The translations under genes were made by a program, and so were the position numbers. Source: Eledone cirrhosa (lineage: Eukaryota). Taken from it: 64,000 nucleotides of DNA. Shown one piece after another: positions 9,926-24,499 of the stretch. The notes beneath the pieces are model-generated. The model worked only from the letters and a program-made list of their open reading frames with translations, was not told the origin of the DNA and did no database searches. The stretch lies in NCBI GenBank assembly GCA_964016885.1, contig OZ024743.1, positions 144,150,001 through 144,214,000 on the forward strand, read 5' to 3'. Position 1 is the stretch's first letter, and each line of letters starts with the position of its first letter.

Positions 9926-12900
9926 TAGTTTGGCTGCAGTTTGTAGGCAGCCACAATTCTCCTTCACCTGTTGCAACTTTCATAATCACTTGTGGTCCCA
10001 TGTTTGTCTGATTAGCTCCGGCCATCATTTACAACACTACTGGTTCATGTTGCAATGTCTTTTAATTACACAAAGGTTAATATTTTAAATTTTATTATTT
10101 ATTTTAAATTTTATTATTTATTTTATCATCCCCATTACAATGGTCTATGATTTTTGAATAATTTTGAAAATATTCAAGAATTATTTTTTAATGATGGGCA
10201 ACATTACTAACTTTCTCATTATTAATGCAGTGTTTGGAGCATAATTTCTTACATAAAATTATGATGGGAGGTTTTAAAATAAACAGCTTAGTATCATAGA
10301 ACTAGAGGCAGTTTCAAATGGTTTGGTATCAAAAGGGCTAAAAGATAAAAAGTTAACTAGTTGGATATGATCTCAAAATATCAGATGTTGGTAAGGCAGG
10401 TGGAAATTGAAGCTAAATACAACAACAATGCATTTTAGTGTCTAGTAGTAGTCTATCATTTCTGACATTTCTTTGTAATATTAATTTATTAGTTTACTCG
10501 ATTGAAGCAAGGAAGTAGGTATCAAGCTCTTAGTCATGACATATTCAGAAAGAACACATTCAGAAAGAACACGTTCAATGAGAGAGATTATTAATGTATC
10601 ATGTCTGAAATCAGATCACCAATTAATCTAACACTATGGAAACTCATACTTGTAGTGACTGAGAAAAGAAAGAGACTAGGGTTTTAATATGGTTTCTAGG
10701 TTTCTAAGTTAGGCAGCAATTTACAGGAGAGGAAAGTCAGTTGAATGGTCCCTAATACTTAACTAGTACTTTATTTTATCAACTTCAGAAGAATGAAAGA
10801 CAAAGTTGACCTGGGTAAGATTTGAACTGAATGTAAAATGCTATAACTAAATACCACTAAGCCTTTTGTCCAATGTTCTAAAGAATCTGCCAATCTACAC
10901 CGTAAGTGGCTGTTTACAACTGTTTGAAGGTGTGACCTAGTGGTTAGGGCAGTGAGCTTATGATCATAAGGTTGTGGTTTGATCTTCATACCAGGTGGTG
11001 CATTGTGTCCGTGAGCAAAACTCTTCATTTCATATTGCTCCAATCCATTCAACTGAAAATGAGGACCACTAGTAGCTGGGGTTAAATGTTAAGACAAACT
11101 GTTGTCTCATCCATGGAAATCCTCATATTCTGTCACTTAACACTTCATAAATTGGGATAAGCTCCTATTTGATGTGCCTCTAGGTTTAAGACGAGACCTG
11201 TTTTCAGGCTTTGGTGCTCAGGGTCATTTCAGAGAATTCTGGGTGGGCAATCCTTCACAAGGAACATATCTCAAGGCATTTTATAAACTCTAGTTTCTAA
11301 AACTGAGAATGCACCATTGAAAAGTGGGAGAGGAAGAGTACCATTTAGTGCCCCCAACCCTTCTTGGTTATGGGCCAAATTGAGACAGGTTTTTATATTT
11401 CACCTAGAACTATTTTCATCACCTGTGAGATAATGGGAGAGAGATTGATAAGTCAGTAGTTAATACGTTAGTTACTTTGTGGTGGGATTACTGTAACGTG
11501 TCTCTACACATTGAGACAGAAGCCCAAAGTGAAAGTAAAGTTATGAGAGTAAGCTAGCTTAAGATTGCAATGTTTGAAAATAATAGGGAGAACTCTGTTT
11601 GGTCCAAATTACCTTGTTGGACTGAATTGACGACACAAATTTTCACAATTTGACCAGAGACCAAAAGAAGACCCAGATGTTAACCCTGTTGATACTAAAT
11701 TGCCTAAAACTGCCCTGTATTTGTGATACAAAACTTCTTATTTTAAGATGTTTACACTTATATTAAATTTGTCCATCTAATTTTATTTAAGAAATTTTAA
11801 AGTAATGTTTTAAATTTCAGCTTAAAATGAAAAAGTTATTCCATTTAATTTCTCCAAATATTTGATTATTTTCAAATTTAATTGAAACACATAGGCAGTG
11901 TATTTCAGTTGAAACATGGTAACAAAAGGTTTAATTAATGGCGTTTTCAGCCTGTGGACTGTACAATACATCCTTTATATTCTACATGCCCAGTTTGCAT
12001 ATACGTGGACTGTGGGGTTTGGTTGTGTGAGGAGTATGGACAGAAACAAAAAGATGATATTGATGGTTGTTGTTTAGCTCCAGGTCAGCCCTGATTGAGT
12101 AGACATATGTTCAAAGGTATTCCAGCTATATCCATCACCTTATGATCTTGGAGTGTATTATCCAGTATGTCCTTCTTTCTTTGAGGAATACTTGGTTACT
12201 ATTTCTATCATGTCAAAAGCTCACTCACTAATTAGTTGTCTCAATTAGGTCAAATGTGAAGTATATTCACTTATAATGTCAGTCATTATTGTACAGGCAG
12301 AACTCTGACCAATGGATAAAGTGCCAAAGAATGCAAAGAAAAGAGGTTGTTATATATTATGTATGGACTCACCAAACCCATCCTCTCTCCTGGTTTAAAC
12401 GCAGCCAATTTCTTCTTGAGAAGGAAAGAGAGGAAGTGAGAAAGAGATATAGAAGAAGAATTGACCCCAGTACTAAACTGGTACTTTTTTTTATCGACTT
12501 CCAAAGGATGAAAGGAGAGGCTAGCCTTGATGGGATTTGAACTCAAGGAAAACAGAGAGTGAGGATGAATACTACAAAGCATTCAATTTAACATTCTAAT
12601 GACTCTGCCAATTCACTACCTATGATGACATAGAATAGATTAGACAGTATTTAGAAGATCCTATTGGAGCAAATGTTGTGATGGCAGAGTAAAGATTGGA
12701 TTTAGAGAGGATAAATTTGGTATGTCAGGCTGGGTGTATGGGTAAGTGAAGAGACTATCATTTATTCAATTCTAAAAACATGAATCCTTAATTTTTTGAG
12801 TGCTGGTGCTGGTTTTAGTATTTTACTGTCCCAGACTGGGTCTACTTTCCAAACTAAACTATGACATTAAAAATTAAAATCTTTACTCTAAGTTTGAAAC

Positions 12901-13482
12901 TTTTCACAATTATCTGTCCACTAATAAAGATACAATAAATATTTGAATTAACAAATTTGTTATTGGATATTTTCTGCTAAATAATTACAGGATGTTAAGA
13001 GTAAAGCTAATGTTAACAGCCTGAAATACCAAAACTTAGTATGTCTCATTAATATGATACTTCATACGACTGTTTTTGTTGATCTCCACTTGTTGCAATT
13101 AGCTTTTGTTACTAAAAATAAAAATGGTTCAGTCTTCACAACACTGTCAACAATCTTTAACTGTGAAACAGCAGCACTTTACAATGACTGATTAATAATA
13201 TAACTCAAACTTTACTTGTTTGTATAGGACTTGAACAGTTTTAGGTATTTTCTGCTACTAAGAATAAATTTTGACACTAATCCTTGATTGGGTGTCATAG
13301 AATCACACAATCTATAAATGATCTGACATTTTTGTTTCCAGTTTGAATTAGAATGGAATTTAATTCCATTAACTACTCTGCAATATAGCAGCAGTTTAGT
13401 TGGTAAAGTGACTAAATCTGGAGTAAGAGTGGCAGGTTCAAGTTTCATATATGATTTTGATCTATTGCATGTTCCAATGTTA

Positions 13483-14110
13483 GTGTATATGAATGACGAA
13501 ACACAGATAAGTTGAAGGGAAAACTGTGCATAAAAGAAATTGGATGTAGTGTGCAAGAGATAAGATTGTGCTGGTATGGATACATGGTGTATATATATAT
13601 ATAGAGATAAGTTAAACATTCCAGGCCATATTTCTTTTTCCCACTTCAAATTAATTTATTCCACTTAACAAACATTTGAATCTTGTCATGGAGCCTGCAA
13701 GGCTAGCCTCTATTTAGCACTGGAAATGGTGTTAAACTCTTCTCGCATTCCTTTGTTCAGCACCCTAAGATCAGCTTTCACCACATCTGTCTGACTCTTC
13801 CTTGATTATCCTGTTCTGGAACTTCCTTCCTCTTGGAACTCCTGGCACATCTTTGCCCAACTTTCATTAGCCATACACATTACATGTCTGTACAAGCACA
13901 ATCTTCTTTCTTGCACACATCTGATTCCTCTTATGCCCAGTTTTACTCTCACCTCATCTGTCCTTTGTTATTCATGCACATTAAAATTAGACCTCCAGCA
14001 GTGCATGCTCACTTCCTTTCTTTTCAACCTTTACACATCCTCTGCATTGAGTGCCCATGTTTAACAACTGTACAATATTGCACTTCATACACATGCATCA
14101 TGCTGTTAAT
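13483..14110. mobile_element. Two decayed RTE 3' fragments in opposite orientation (+ ~13483-13590, - ~13730-14110)
   Basis: Similarity to the RLxWYG(H) region of the 6375-9051 LINE. Confidence 0.55.
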
Positions 14111-14551
14111 CCTTTCATTACCATATTTATAATGAAAGACACTGCTTATGATTTTTAAATAATTTTGAAAATATTGAAAATATTGAGGGATTTAACTAAC
14201 TTTTTCATTATTTATCTGGTATTTGGAGCATAACTTAAGAAAGGTCCTTGCATTAAATAATGGTAGAACATTTTTTTTAGGTAAATATGACATTTTATAA
14301 AACAAACATTTTTTATCACAGAATCAAGGTTAGTTTGGTGTCAAAGGGTATAATCCTAATTCTCTTCAGTTGGATTAAGAACCCATTATGAAAGGTTTCT
14401 ATATGGACTTAGCTACCTGTTACCATTTTGGTTATCCTCTCTCTTTTCCAATAGCTCTGGAATTATTAATGTGTGATTGAGTGTGGGCTGTCTTTGTCAA
14501 GCAGGTGTTGTTGCCTTCTCTTGAAGGTTTCATATTTCAATAATAATAATA

Positions 14552-14925
14552 ATGATTTCTACTATAGGCACAAGGCCAGCAATTTTGTTTCAACCCTAGT
14601 GCATTACTAGTAGTTTATTTTATCAACCCTGTAAGGATGAAAGGCAAAGCTAACCTTGGCAGGATTTGAAGTCAAAGCGTAAAGGGTCATCACTATATGC
14701 CAGAAAGTATATTGTCTGATGTTCTGACAATACTGCCAATCCACTAATAATAATAATAATAATAATTGTTTCTGATTTAGGCACAAGGCCAGTGATTTTT
14801 TGGTGGGAGGGGAAAGTTGATTAAATCGACTCCAGCATGTGACTGGTACTTTATTTTATTGACCCTGTAAGAATGAAGGGCAAAGGTAACCTCAGTGGGA
14901 TTTGAACTCAGTATGTAAAGTGCCA
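14552..14925 (-). mobile_element. Tandem pair of family B SINEs
   Basis: GGCACAAGGCCAG...ATGAARGGCAAAG...GATTTGAA twice, separated by (TAA)n. Confidence 0.7.
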
Positions 14926-16616
14926 TTCAAATAGCTTCTTTTATTGGCCACAAGGGTCTAAGTCATTGGGGAGAGTATGAGAGTAAAATACATAAAAGAA
15001 GAAGGAATATTGTGGTCTTTATATTGAGTAAAAAGGCAGGTTCAGCAATAATGACACATTATTAATAAATAGTGCTACTGCTGATGATGATGATGATTTC
15101 TTTTATTAGCTATAAGGGCTCACACATACAATTCAGTAAAACATTATAATATAGTTATGTAAAAATATGGTGGGTCAGGGACATTATACAAAGAAAACAT
15201 TAAAAAAAATTTGATAATAATAATAATAATAATAGTATCATTAATGATTGGGTAAGAGGAGAGACTGTGTGTGCGTTGTAATAGCAGGGTGTGTGGTATG
15301 TAGTAGTGTCTGAATGAGAGAGATGACAAGATTAACAAAGACTCATATCTTTTGACTTTTTCTTTGGGCATTGTGACAACATCCCATTGTTATCAAACTA
15401 AATCTAACAACTATATGTACCCCATAATTTCCAGAGAAATATTTCACATAACAACCATCATCTCTGACTCCATAATTATTTTCTGACCTTGCATCTTTCA
15501 TTTGTTTATTTTCTTTGATATATTTTTCTTTGTTTTTTTTTCCCTTTTTTCTTTTTTACCTCTCCATTTTGTGACATGAATGACTATGGAATATTTTAAT
15601 AAGCAGAAAGCTGTGAACAAATGATTTTTCTCATAAAATTGGTTGTTGTCGTGATTAAAATACTAATTATATGCAACTGTGATGTAAAAGTCTCTTGAAT
15701 TATATTATAAGACATTTAGATAGCATGAGGAGATTTAGAGATTTGTGTTTATTCTCAACTAGTAGCTTAAATTACACTGTATGTAATAATTAACTGAAAC
15801 CATTATATCATATTGAGTTGACAGCTCAGTAGTAATACTTTACTAATTTCATATGTAGTGGAGGGATCAAATTATATAAATCCCTGAAAGGTCTCTAAGG
15901 TGATTCTTGCTGCTGCTACTGTTCTTGTTGTTGTTCAACCCAGCAAACCAATGACGGTGTTCCTATAGTCATTTTATCTATCATGAATGGATGCAGTGTG
16001 ACCAAATGATATAGATTCTTACTTCACAACCATAAGATTCTGGGTTCAATCTCATTACATGTTATTTTGGACAAGTTTCCTTACTATAGCCTTGGGTTGA
16101 GCTTAGCCTTGTAAATAAAATTGGGTAGATGGAAATGTTTAGAAGCCTTATCAGATGGACTGTACAAGTAATTCAAACTCTGGGTCATACTGAATCTCTT
16201 TGAGAATGTCTGTAGAATGCTCAGCCACTTACACTATAATAGAAGATAGACTGTATCAGTATTTCAAAGGGTTAGCTGATCCTTGAGTAACTTTAACAAG
16301 AATTCATTCTGTTGCAAACATTCAGGCCAGGTCTCCAGTTTGAGGATAAATCCCTCCCACCAATTTTAGAGTTCCAGTAAAAATAAGGCACCATGGTTGT
16401 TACTCACCCCTCACTAGCTATGCAATAAAAAAAAGAAGATATAATGACTTCAAGAATATCAGGACCAATTAAATATTTCTATGGAAGTATTTCAATATCT
16501 TTGTTATTGTAATTGTTTATATTTAATGTTTGGTATGGATTGCTGTAGCTGTCTGTAGCACACTTCATTTTTGTAATTATATTCTGCTTCCATATAACTT
16601 GTACATTTTTTTGTAG

Positions 16617-16712
16617 GACCTTCCAAAACAGATTCAGAGTCAACAAGAAGTGATATGGGAGTTACTAAGCACAGAAATCACATACATAGAATCACTCCAA
16701 GTGATAACAAAT
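16617..16712 (+). CDS. PLEKHG5: RhoGEF exon B (DLPKQIQSQQEVIWELLSTEITYIESLQVITN), start of DH domain
   Basis: ttgtag acceptor, gtaagt donor, 96 bp, phase 0/0; DH CR1 motif QEVIWELLSTEITYI. Confidence 0.95.
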
Positions 16713-17099
16713 GTAAGTATCTGAAGCTTTTCCAAGTTTCATTGATGTTAAGTGACTAAGAGTACAAGATGCCTGTCCATTTGAGGGTTAACCTCAGCTA
16801 AATGAACTGGAACACTGTGAAATAAGTGTTTTGCTCAAGGGCTCACCCCACTGCCCAGTCTGGGAATTAAAACCATGACCTTAAGATTGTAAGCCCAACA
16901 TCCTAACCTCTAGACTATGTGCCTGCATTCCCAAACAGCATGCCCCCACAATAAATATACAAGACAAACAAGCATGCAAGATATCATATATCTGGATATC
17001 TAAAGTGTTGGATCTGTGGGATTGTATCTTGATCAACTCAATTTATCTTATAGGTCTCTACAATCAGACTTTTGTATATCAAACTGTTAGTTTGATCAC

Positions 17100-17770
17100 C
17101 ACATTTTCTCATAACTGATGCAGCCAGTTATTGGGGGTGCCACTTTAGACATTCTGACAGTCAGCAATCACATCTGATTTCAGTCCTCCAGCATATGTGC
17201 TGCAGTGTTGAGACCTGTCCAGTCCTTGATATTGTCAGACCAGCATTTTCTTTGCCCTTGTTCAACTGTGCATTGGAGAATGGTTCTAGACAGTGAATCA
17301 TGGCTAAATAAATGACCATTCCAGGTGAGCTTTCTTCTTTTCACTATTGTAAGAAGTGATTCCTGCCTGTGAACATATTTGGTGACTTTCTGCTTGACAA
17401 AGCAGCTTGTTTTGTGCTCTATGTTTGAGATTAACAGCAGACTTTTGAAGCAGTTATGTTCAAACACCTGGATTCTTCATTGGTTGATAAATAAAGTACC
17501 AGTTCAGAGGAGTGGATTAATGGAATTATTAGAGCCCTTGGAGGGAGCATCTCTTTTGGCCTTTTGTATTCTGAGGCCACTTGCAATGTCATTGGAGCCA
17601 AACTCTATCAGTCTTTGCCTTTCTCTTTGACAACATTGGTTATGGGGAGAGGGGAGACTAGAAAATCTTTGCCTTGGTCTGCACTTTGGAAAGTAAGTTT
17701 CCAGGAGCAGATCCATGGTTTCACAAGACATGCAGAGGCCCCAGATAATATATGATTCACAGACAGGCAA
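17100..17770 (-). mobile_element. Decayed RTE/BovB-like LINE 3' fragment
   Basis: LLTIVKRRKLTWNGH...TILQCTVE...WSDNIKDWTG in ORF 17180-17467. Confidence 0.75.
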
Positions 17771-18344
17771 GGCTGAGTGGTTAACTAGATTGCTTCACAA
17801 TCATGGGGTTCTGGGTTTGATCCTATTGAGTGGTATTTAGAGCAAGTGTCTTTTACGAAAGCTTCATGTTGACCCAAGCCTGTTGGTGAAGCCTATTGAA
17901 TGGATTATACTTGTGATTCAAAGGTCTAGTCTTGTTACATCACATAACACTGATTCAGCCTGAGGATTATCTTAAGTATAGGTGTATGGGTGGAATACTC
18001 AGCAATGTATATATATCAAGTATATTAGAATTACATCATCACCTTCTTTTAGCAAAGGACAGGTAGATTTTCTGTTTGGTGCCTTTGACAAAAAGGATTG
18101 ATTGCATATTGGATAAATGACTGAAAGCAGCCACTTTCCTTTTTACACATGCCCTTGTCAACTTCTTCAATTCCTCTTGAAGAGGAAGGTGAAGGTGGAA
18201 AATGACATGCTACCTACCAAATGATAAGTACCAGTCAATTATTGAGATTGGTATAATCAACTATGTTCCTTCCCTAGATGCATTGCCCTTATGCCTATGT
18301 AAAAAAAATCATGTTTATTTTGATATTTATTTTCAAATTTTCAG

Positions 18345-18401
18345 TTATTTATGAGCTGCCTTCAAACTGTACAAAATAAGCTGCCTTATGTCATGAAAGA
18401 G
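18345..18401 (+). CDS. PLEKHG5: RhoGEF exon C (LFMSCLQTVQNKLPYVMKE)
   Basis: ttttcag acceptor, gtaggt donor, 57 bp, phase 0/0; matches PLEKHG5 LFLCCLLNLQ..E. Confidence 0.9.
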
Positions 18402-19780
18402 GTAGGTGAATTTTGTTTTCGTGAGTGTGTGACTGTCTGTCTCTGTTAATGTGTCTTTGTGAGTGAGCATCTGTGTTTGTTTCCATTGTACAACAGCATT
18501 TTTTTTAAAAACAGTGTTCTTTTTCTTATAGTATAGTGTGTTCAGTGTAAAGGCCATTTGTAATATATTTATGTCTGCCACTGATACACAATTCTAATGT
18601 AGATGTAACATAGTTGAATGGTTAATAAGTTTGCTTTGCAATCATAAGGTTTGATCCCACTGCACCACATCTCAAGCAAGTGTCAAGTATCATAACTACA
18701 AGTGAACCCAAGCCATATGAGTGAAATTGATGAGATGGAAACTGTTTGGCAGCTCATAATTCAAAGGGCCAACCTTGTCACACATAGTGTCACATTGAAT
18801 CTCCCTGAGAATTATTTTAAGTTTACATGTGTTTGTGTATTCCAATGTATTCCATGACTGGAATACATTGTTTGAACCAATGGTAATCCACTGCATTCCA
18901 CACCAGTAGTTCCCAAAATGAATATCAGGGTTTCATAAAAAGGATTCTGGGGCTCCATGTGATAAGGGGCCTTTTAATAAAATTAAATATTTTATATATT
19001 ATTATTTCTTTTTTTTTATGTTTAAATTTTCTCTCTAATACAATTTTATTTGTTTAAGTTAACATGGTGGTGAGGATTGTTTGTAAATCATAGATATGGA
19101 TTCTGATATTTAGGGAAAATCATATATGGGTCCTGTGCCAAAATAAGTTTGAAAACAACTAATTTACATGTTTTGTATTTTATTTTATAACTCTTAACAT
19201 CCTGTTTAGTAGAAAATATCTAAAACGTAAGTTTTATTATAATAGTATCTTTGCTGGTGGACAGACAGATTGTGAAAATGTGTAGTATTAGATTAAAGAC
19301 TTCAGTTTTTAATAAGATGCACTGAGAGTGCTGTTTTGTACTTTTCAAGAATGTTTTGCTAATGTGGTTTCATGCAGTACAGGACATTGGGTTAAACATA
19401 ACCTGGAAATACTTATATTTGACTGATTATATATTGTAAATAGGTCATATCAGTAGATATGTCACAATCTCCATTTTACATACATCATTTACAATGCACC
19501 ATATATTTGGTATTAAGGTATTGAAGGTCCAGTAGACAAATCACATACTGGTTTTTACATTGTATTTTCATGGAAAAAGTTGTAACTTAAACTTGGGTGT
19601 ATATGATATATTTGAATAATTTATATTTTACATATGATAAATCAAAATAAATCAAATTCATTTATTTCTGTATTTTTTCAATACAAATTATGTTTAGGTT
19701 TTATCGCTAAGCCCTACACATTCTTATCTATGTCACTGTATTTAGCATTCTGACCAGATTCTATATTTCTTAATTTTCAG

Positions 19781-19930
19781 ATTGAAATTGAAAAACTATT
19801 TAGCAATATCGTTGAAGTGTTTGCAGCTAACAGTGTATTTTGGAAAGACTATCTTTCTGAAATTGTGGAAGTTTCTCGAAGAACACATGACCCAATTGAT
19901 CCTTCTTTACTAAAAGAAGGCTTTACAAAA
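19781..19930 (+). CDS. PLEKHG5: RhoGEF exon D (IEIEKLFSNIVEVFAANSVFW...LKEGFTK)
   Basis: ttttcag acceptor, gtaaat donor, 150 bp; DH motif LFSNI. Confidence 0.95.
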
Positions 19931-21405
19931 GTAAATATTGGTTTAGCATATATTTTTGGTTGTTATTGTTTTTTTTGTTTTTTTTTTCCATTTTAACCCT
20001 TTTTTCTATTATAAAGTAAAAATGTCAAAAACTGTAGATCATAACATTTTTAGGCCAATATATCAGCCATAGAGTATTTTTGACTTTATTAGCAAGTCCA
20101 GTATACCACTCATATAGTGTTATCATGTATAATATATCAGCCTGGCAATGCTATAAGGGATAAAAAACAAAAAATTAATAGAACATTTTATTTTCTTATT
20201 ACTTTTTGTTATTTTATCTTGATTTGTATAACATGTCTTGCAGTATTTATTCTGGCTTTGTGCATTCTGAGATTTTAGATGCTAAATTTAAACTGTTGCC
20301 TTAAAAACACCACTATTTGGAACTTGGGGTCCTTTAGCCGAATCCACAATGTTGCAAACAATCAGATCAGGTCTCTGGTTTAAAGATAACTCCCTCTGAC
20401 CTGTGCCTGAGGCAAGTAAAAGATAGAGGGTCATGGACACTGTCCTTCCCTTCCTGACTAAGCAATAAAATAATATATTGTATATACTTGTGTATAAACC
20501 ACACCAGTTGATAAGTTGCACCGCCATTTTACACACAACATTTGCTATGTATTTTGGTATACTGTATATAAGATACCATATATTTGGAATAGACATCCAA
20601 CCCACACCAACATGGAAAAACATGTTAAATGATGATGATGATGTATGCAAATCCATATACAATCTGTTTATGTACAATAAACATATTAGTCTCACTGTGA
20701 GTATTTTAAACTGTGATCATGTCACAGCTACCTCAGAGTAAAGGTGGGGGGCATCTCACTGCTGTTACAGTTTGTTGAGATTTGCTTGCTTACATCTAGA
20801 AGTGACTAAATATATGTTAATCATACATAAACACATTATATATGGTTTCATATATACCATTATTTTAAATCGTGCTGTGTTAGTGCTATCATTAATTAAC
20901 ATATATTTTGAATAGAGGTTTTGTAGGTCCAGTAGATATGTTGAATGCTGCATTTTCACTGTTTTTTTTATTAAAAAGTTGTGTATAATATAATGGTGAT
21001 GATGATGATATTTTATGTGTACATGATTTTGTTCTATTTGTATACTTCTAATCATCATCATCATTATTTTAAGTCTGTTTACTCTGCTAGCATTGGTTAA
21101 ACTTGTTATCATGGTCCAAGTCACCTCTTATTCAGAGTTATTGCATTTTATCATGACACAAGTACCAAAGAGGTAGTCATGTCCTCAGTAAGACTAAAAT
21201 GGCTTCTCTACCTTATGTTGTCTCCATTCAATCATCAGCCAATTCACAGAGTGGACATTGTGTATTTTATCATGGCACAAGCTCAAAAGAGGTCATCATG
21301 TCTTTGACATGACTAAAGAGTTTTCTCTATGTTGTCTCTATTTGATCATCAACCACTTTAAAGACTATCATCAATATTATTTTATTATATTCTTCATATT
21401 TCCAG

Positions 21406-21516
21406 TTTCCAGAATTGTTCAAACCCTACCAAAGGTTCTGTGCTGAACAAATATTTTGCCAGAACTACATTAAAACACAATATAAAAGCAATGAATATTT
21501 CAAAAATTTTGTAATA
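21406..21516 (+). CDS. PLEKHG5: RhoGEF exon E (FPELFKPYQRFCAEQ...FKNFVI)
   Basis: ttccag acceptor, gtaagt donor, 111 bp; DH CR2-like LFKPY.RFC. Confidence 0.93.
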
Positions 21517-22106
21517 GTAAGTTTTCTTTTTCTTTTTTTTTACCTATTCATTTATTTTTATATATTAATAATAATGAGCGCATACTTCGAAGTTTCACTG
21601 ACTTTTCAAAGTCTGTTTTGAAAAGCTGATAGCTTTAGTAAAACTTTGAAGTATGTTGAATCTATCCACAGTATATGAGTCCTTCATTCAGTACATGTTT
21701 AGTGTGCTTATACTCAAACCTATAAAACAATTATTTATTTTTATTCTTTTGACTGGAAGGAAGGGTGCATTCTTCAATGTCATTTTGCACTGGAGTTTTT
21801 TTTTGTTGATGCTGAAACCATCTCTGATGAAGTAATCCTACGACATATCATTTTTCTTCAGACATAATGTATCTAGAGTCTATTGATTTTTAATTTCCTT
21901 TTTTAAGATTGAGGGGTGTGGTTTGAAGGATATTTGACTCCTATTTCTAGCTGGTTGAACAACTGTATAGAGGCTCCTTGATTTTAGTTAATCATCTAAG
22001 GTTTCATGCAATATATCAAGCTATTCTGAAAAGGGAAAGGTTTTGATTGCAATATGGCTGAATGGTTAAGAAATTTTCTTCACATTCATGAGGTTCTGGG
22101 TTTGAT

Positions 22107-22335
22107 TTAACCTTTTAGCATTTACATTACTCTATATTTACTATTATATTTTCATGGTAAATGCTTTATCTCACATAATTATCCCACATAATATTGAAAA
22201 TACGAGATTTTGATATTATTTATTTTGAGAACAATATCTTAACATAAGTATAAGTGGCTGGTTACAACCGGTTTGAACAGAAAGAGGGGAGAGAATTCTG
22301 GCCGGATACAGCCGGTTTAAATGCTAAAGGGTTAA
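22107..22335 (-). mobile_element. piggyBac-like MITE nested in an older SINE head
   Basis: TTAA at both ends plus TIRs; SINE-like GGCTGAATGGTTAAG...GGGTTTGAT stops at the insertion. Confidence 0.8.
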
Positions 22336-24499
22336 GTGTTAATCTAACTTTTGTGAGTGATATTAAGCAAATGAGTAGAAAGAAACTTGTTTGGAAGCCT
22401 GTTGGATGAATTTACTTGTAATCCAAAGGACCAGCTTTGTCATGCTGAATTTTCCTAGGAATTGAGTACAGTATCTTTGGAATGTTCAGTCATTTGTTTA
22501 TTAATTTAATAAGTAAGCCATACTGTTGATCAAACAACTGGAACACACATTGTTGGAACATCTAATTTTATGGAAATAGGGTGGTAGGAAATGAAAATTA
22601 GCAACATTGAATAGGTTTGGGTGGAGGTTGTGACTCAGCACATTTTAGTGAGAATAGATTCATTGTCATCATCATCATCACATCTACTTTTTTTGCTCGT
22701 ACATAGGTTCAATTCTCAGACTGGGTAATGAGGCATGTTGCTCCAGTGAGCTTAGCTGAAAATTCATACCAGCTGCAGTAGCTGGGAGTTAGCCCTGTGA
22801 CAAACTAGTATTTTGCCTTGTACTCATAGTCATTTAATGCCCATGAAACCAGGATAACCTCCAGGCTTGATCCATCCCATGCAAGCATGGAAAAACATGT
22901 ACAATAATAATTCTAACTCTTTCCATGTTTGCATGGTTTGTATGAGACTTTTTAAAGACACTATAGCCTTGTATGATACCAACCCATACTTTGTTTTTAT
23001 GAATGTACTGCTCATTTTTAACGAATTGGTTAGTTGTAGAATGTATTGTTTTTGTGGGATATAAATAAACATCACCACTTGCTTTAAACATCATTGTTTT
23101 TTCCATATTCTAAAGACTTAGTCATGCAGGCCTTTTTTGACACTACCATATAACAGACATCTTACCTTTTCTGTGACATTCAATGTCATTTTTCTTTGTC
23201 TGAATGTTGGACTACAGTCCATATTATTCTCTTTTGTTTTACTATTTCTCTCTTTTCTATATTTTTTTTTCCTTTGGGTAAGCCCTTGCGTACCATTGTC
23301 TCCCTTCTTTGTCAGTTGACACATTTGGGATCCTTAGTCATCTATATTTAAGTCATTTGCCTAAAGGCATAACTTGTCTCTACCCATTTTGTTATGTCCT
23401 AATGTGCACTGGAAGGAATGGTATCAACTTTAATGCTCAAGGCACCATACAGTGGGATCAAGCTCAAAACTACATAGTTGCAAACTAAACTTCTTAACCC
23501 CACAAACATGCCTTAATCAGTCTTGATTTCACCTTTCATTCATACAGAGTATGTATATAAGTGTGGGATCTTAGGCTTATTATAGGAGTTAAGAAAGAGT
23601 CAAAATGAGAAGACATATTCTGGTATTTGTACATTTGTAAAGTGTTGCTGTGATGCTTAGAAATAGCTTATCATTTAATAGACATCTAATTACTCTTTAT
23701 TCTTTTTTTCCCTTTTTTCTAGACTATATTTCCCCCATAGAGAGGTTTTGTTTTATAGTTTTTTGAGGAGAGGGTGTGGTTTCTTCTGTTATTTGCAATG
23801 AAATCTCTGTGTAATTACAGAAGCTAGAAATAGGCTTGTAGAATTCCCCATAATAAGCACTTCTATCTTAAGCCAAATATTCTGAGTTTTCTGTTATTAT
23901 CTGGAGCCAAACCTTACACTAATACTTCAAGACATTCCACTATTATCTCTATTCCACTATTAACTGAAAATTGGGAGGTTGGTTAGTTCTGCATCAAAGG
24001 TACTGGTAAAAGAGAGAAAAAATGGATAGAAAGACAGATTGACAGAGAGTGAAAAAGCCAGATTGTATGTATGTATATGTGTGTGTGTATGCATATATGT
24101 ATGTTCATTCTGGATTTATTACTTTATAAATGTTCACCAATAGAGAGAGAGCGAGTCAGTTTCTAACATAGAAACAAGTGTCTTTCATTGGAATTTAGAC
24201 ATCATCAACTAGGTAAGTGTGTATGTATATCTGTTTGTGTGTGTCTGGGTATTATTTCATGTGTGGATCTGTATGTTTTCAGTTATGTATTCACTTGCCT
24301 GTTTTTGTATCTATACATGTGTATATGCAGTTATTACTGAATTTCTGAAATATTTTACATATTTTTACAGTTCCACTAATGGACTGTACTCCCAACTTCC
24401 TAACTAGCCATACCCGTTTTGGTTCTGTGAAGCCCAGCTTCTCAAGATTTATCCCAGAGCTCCTATTATCAAAGGTAAAATCTAAAAGTATAGTTAGGG

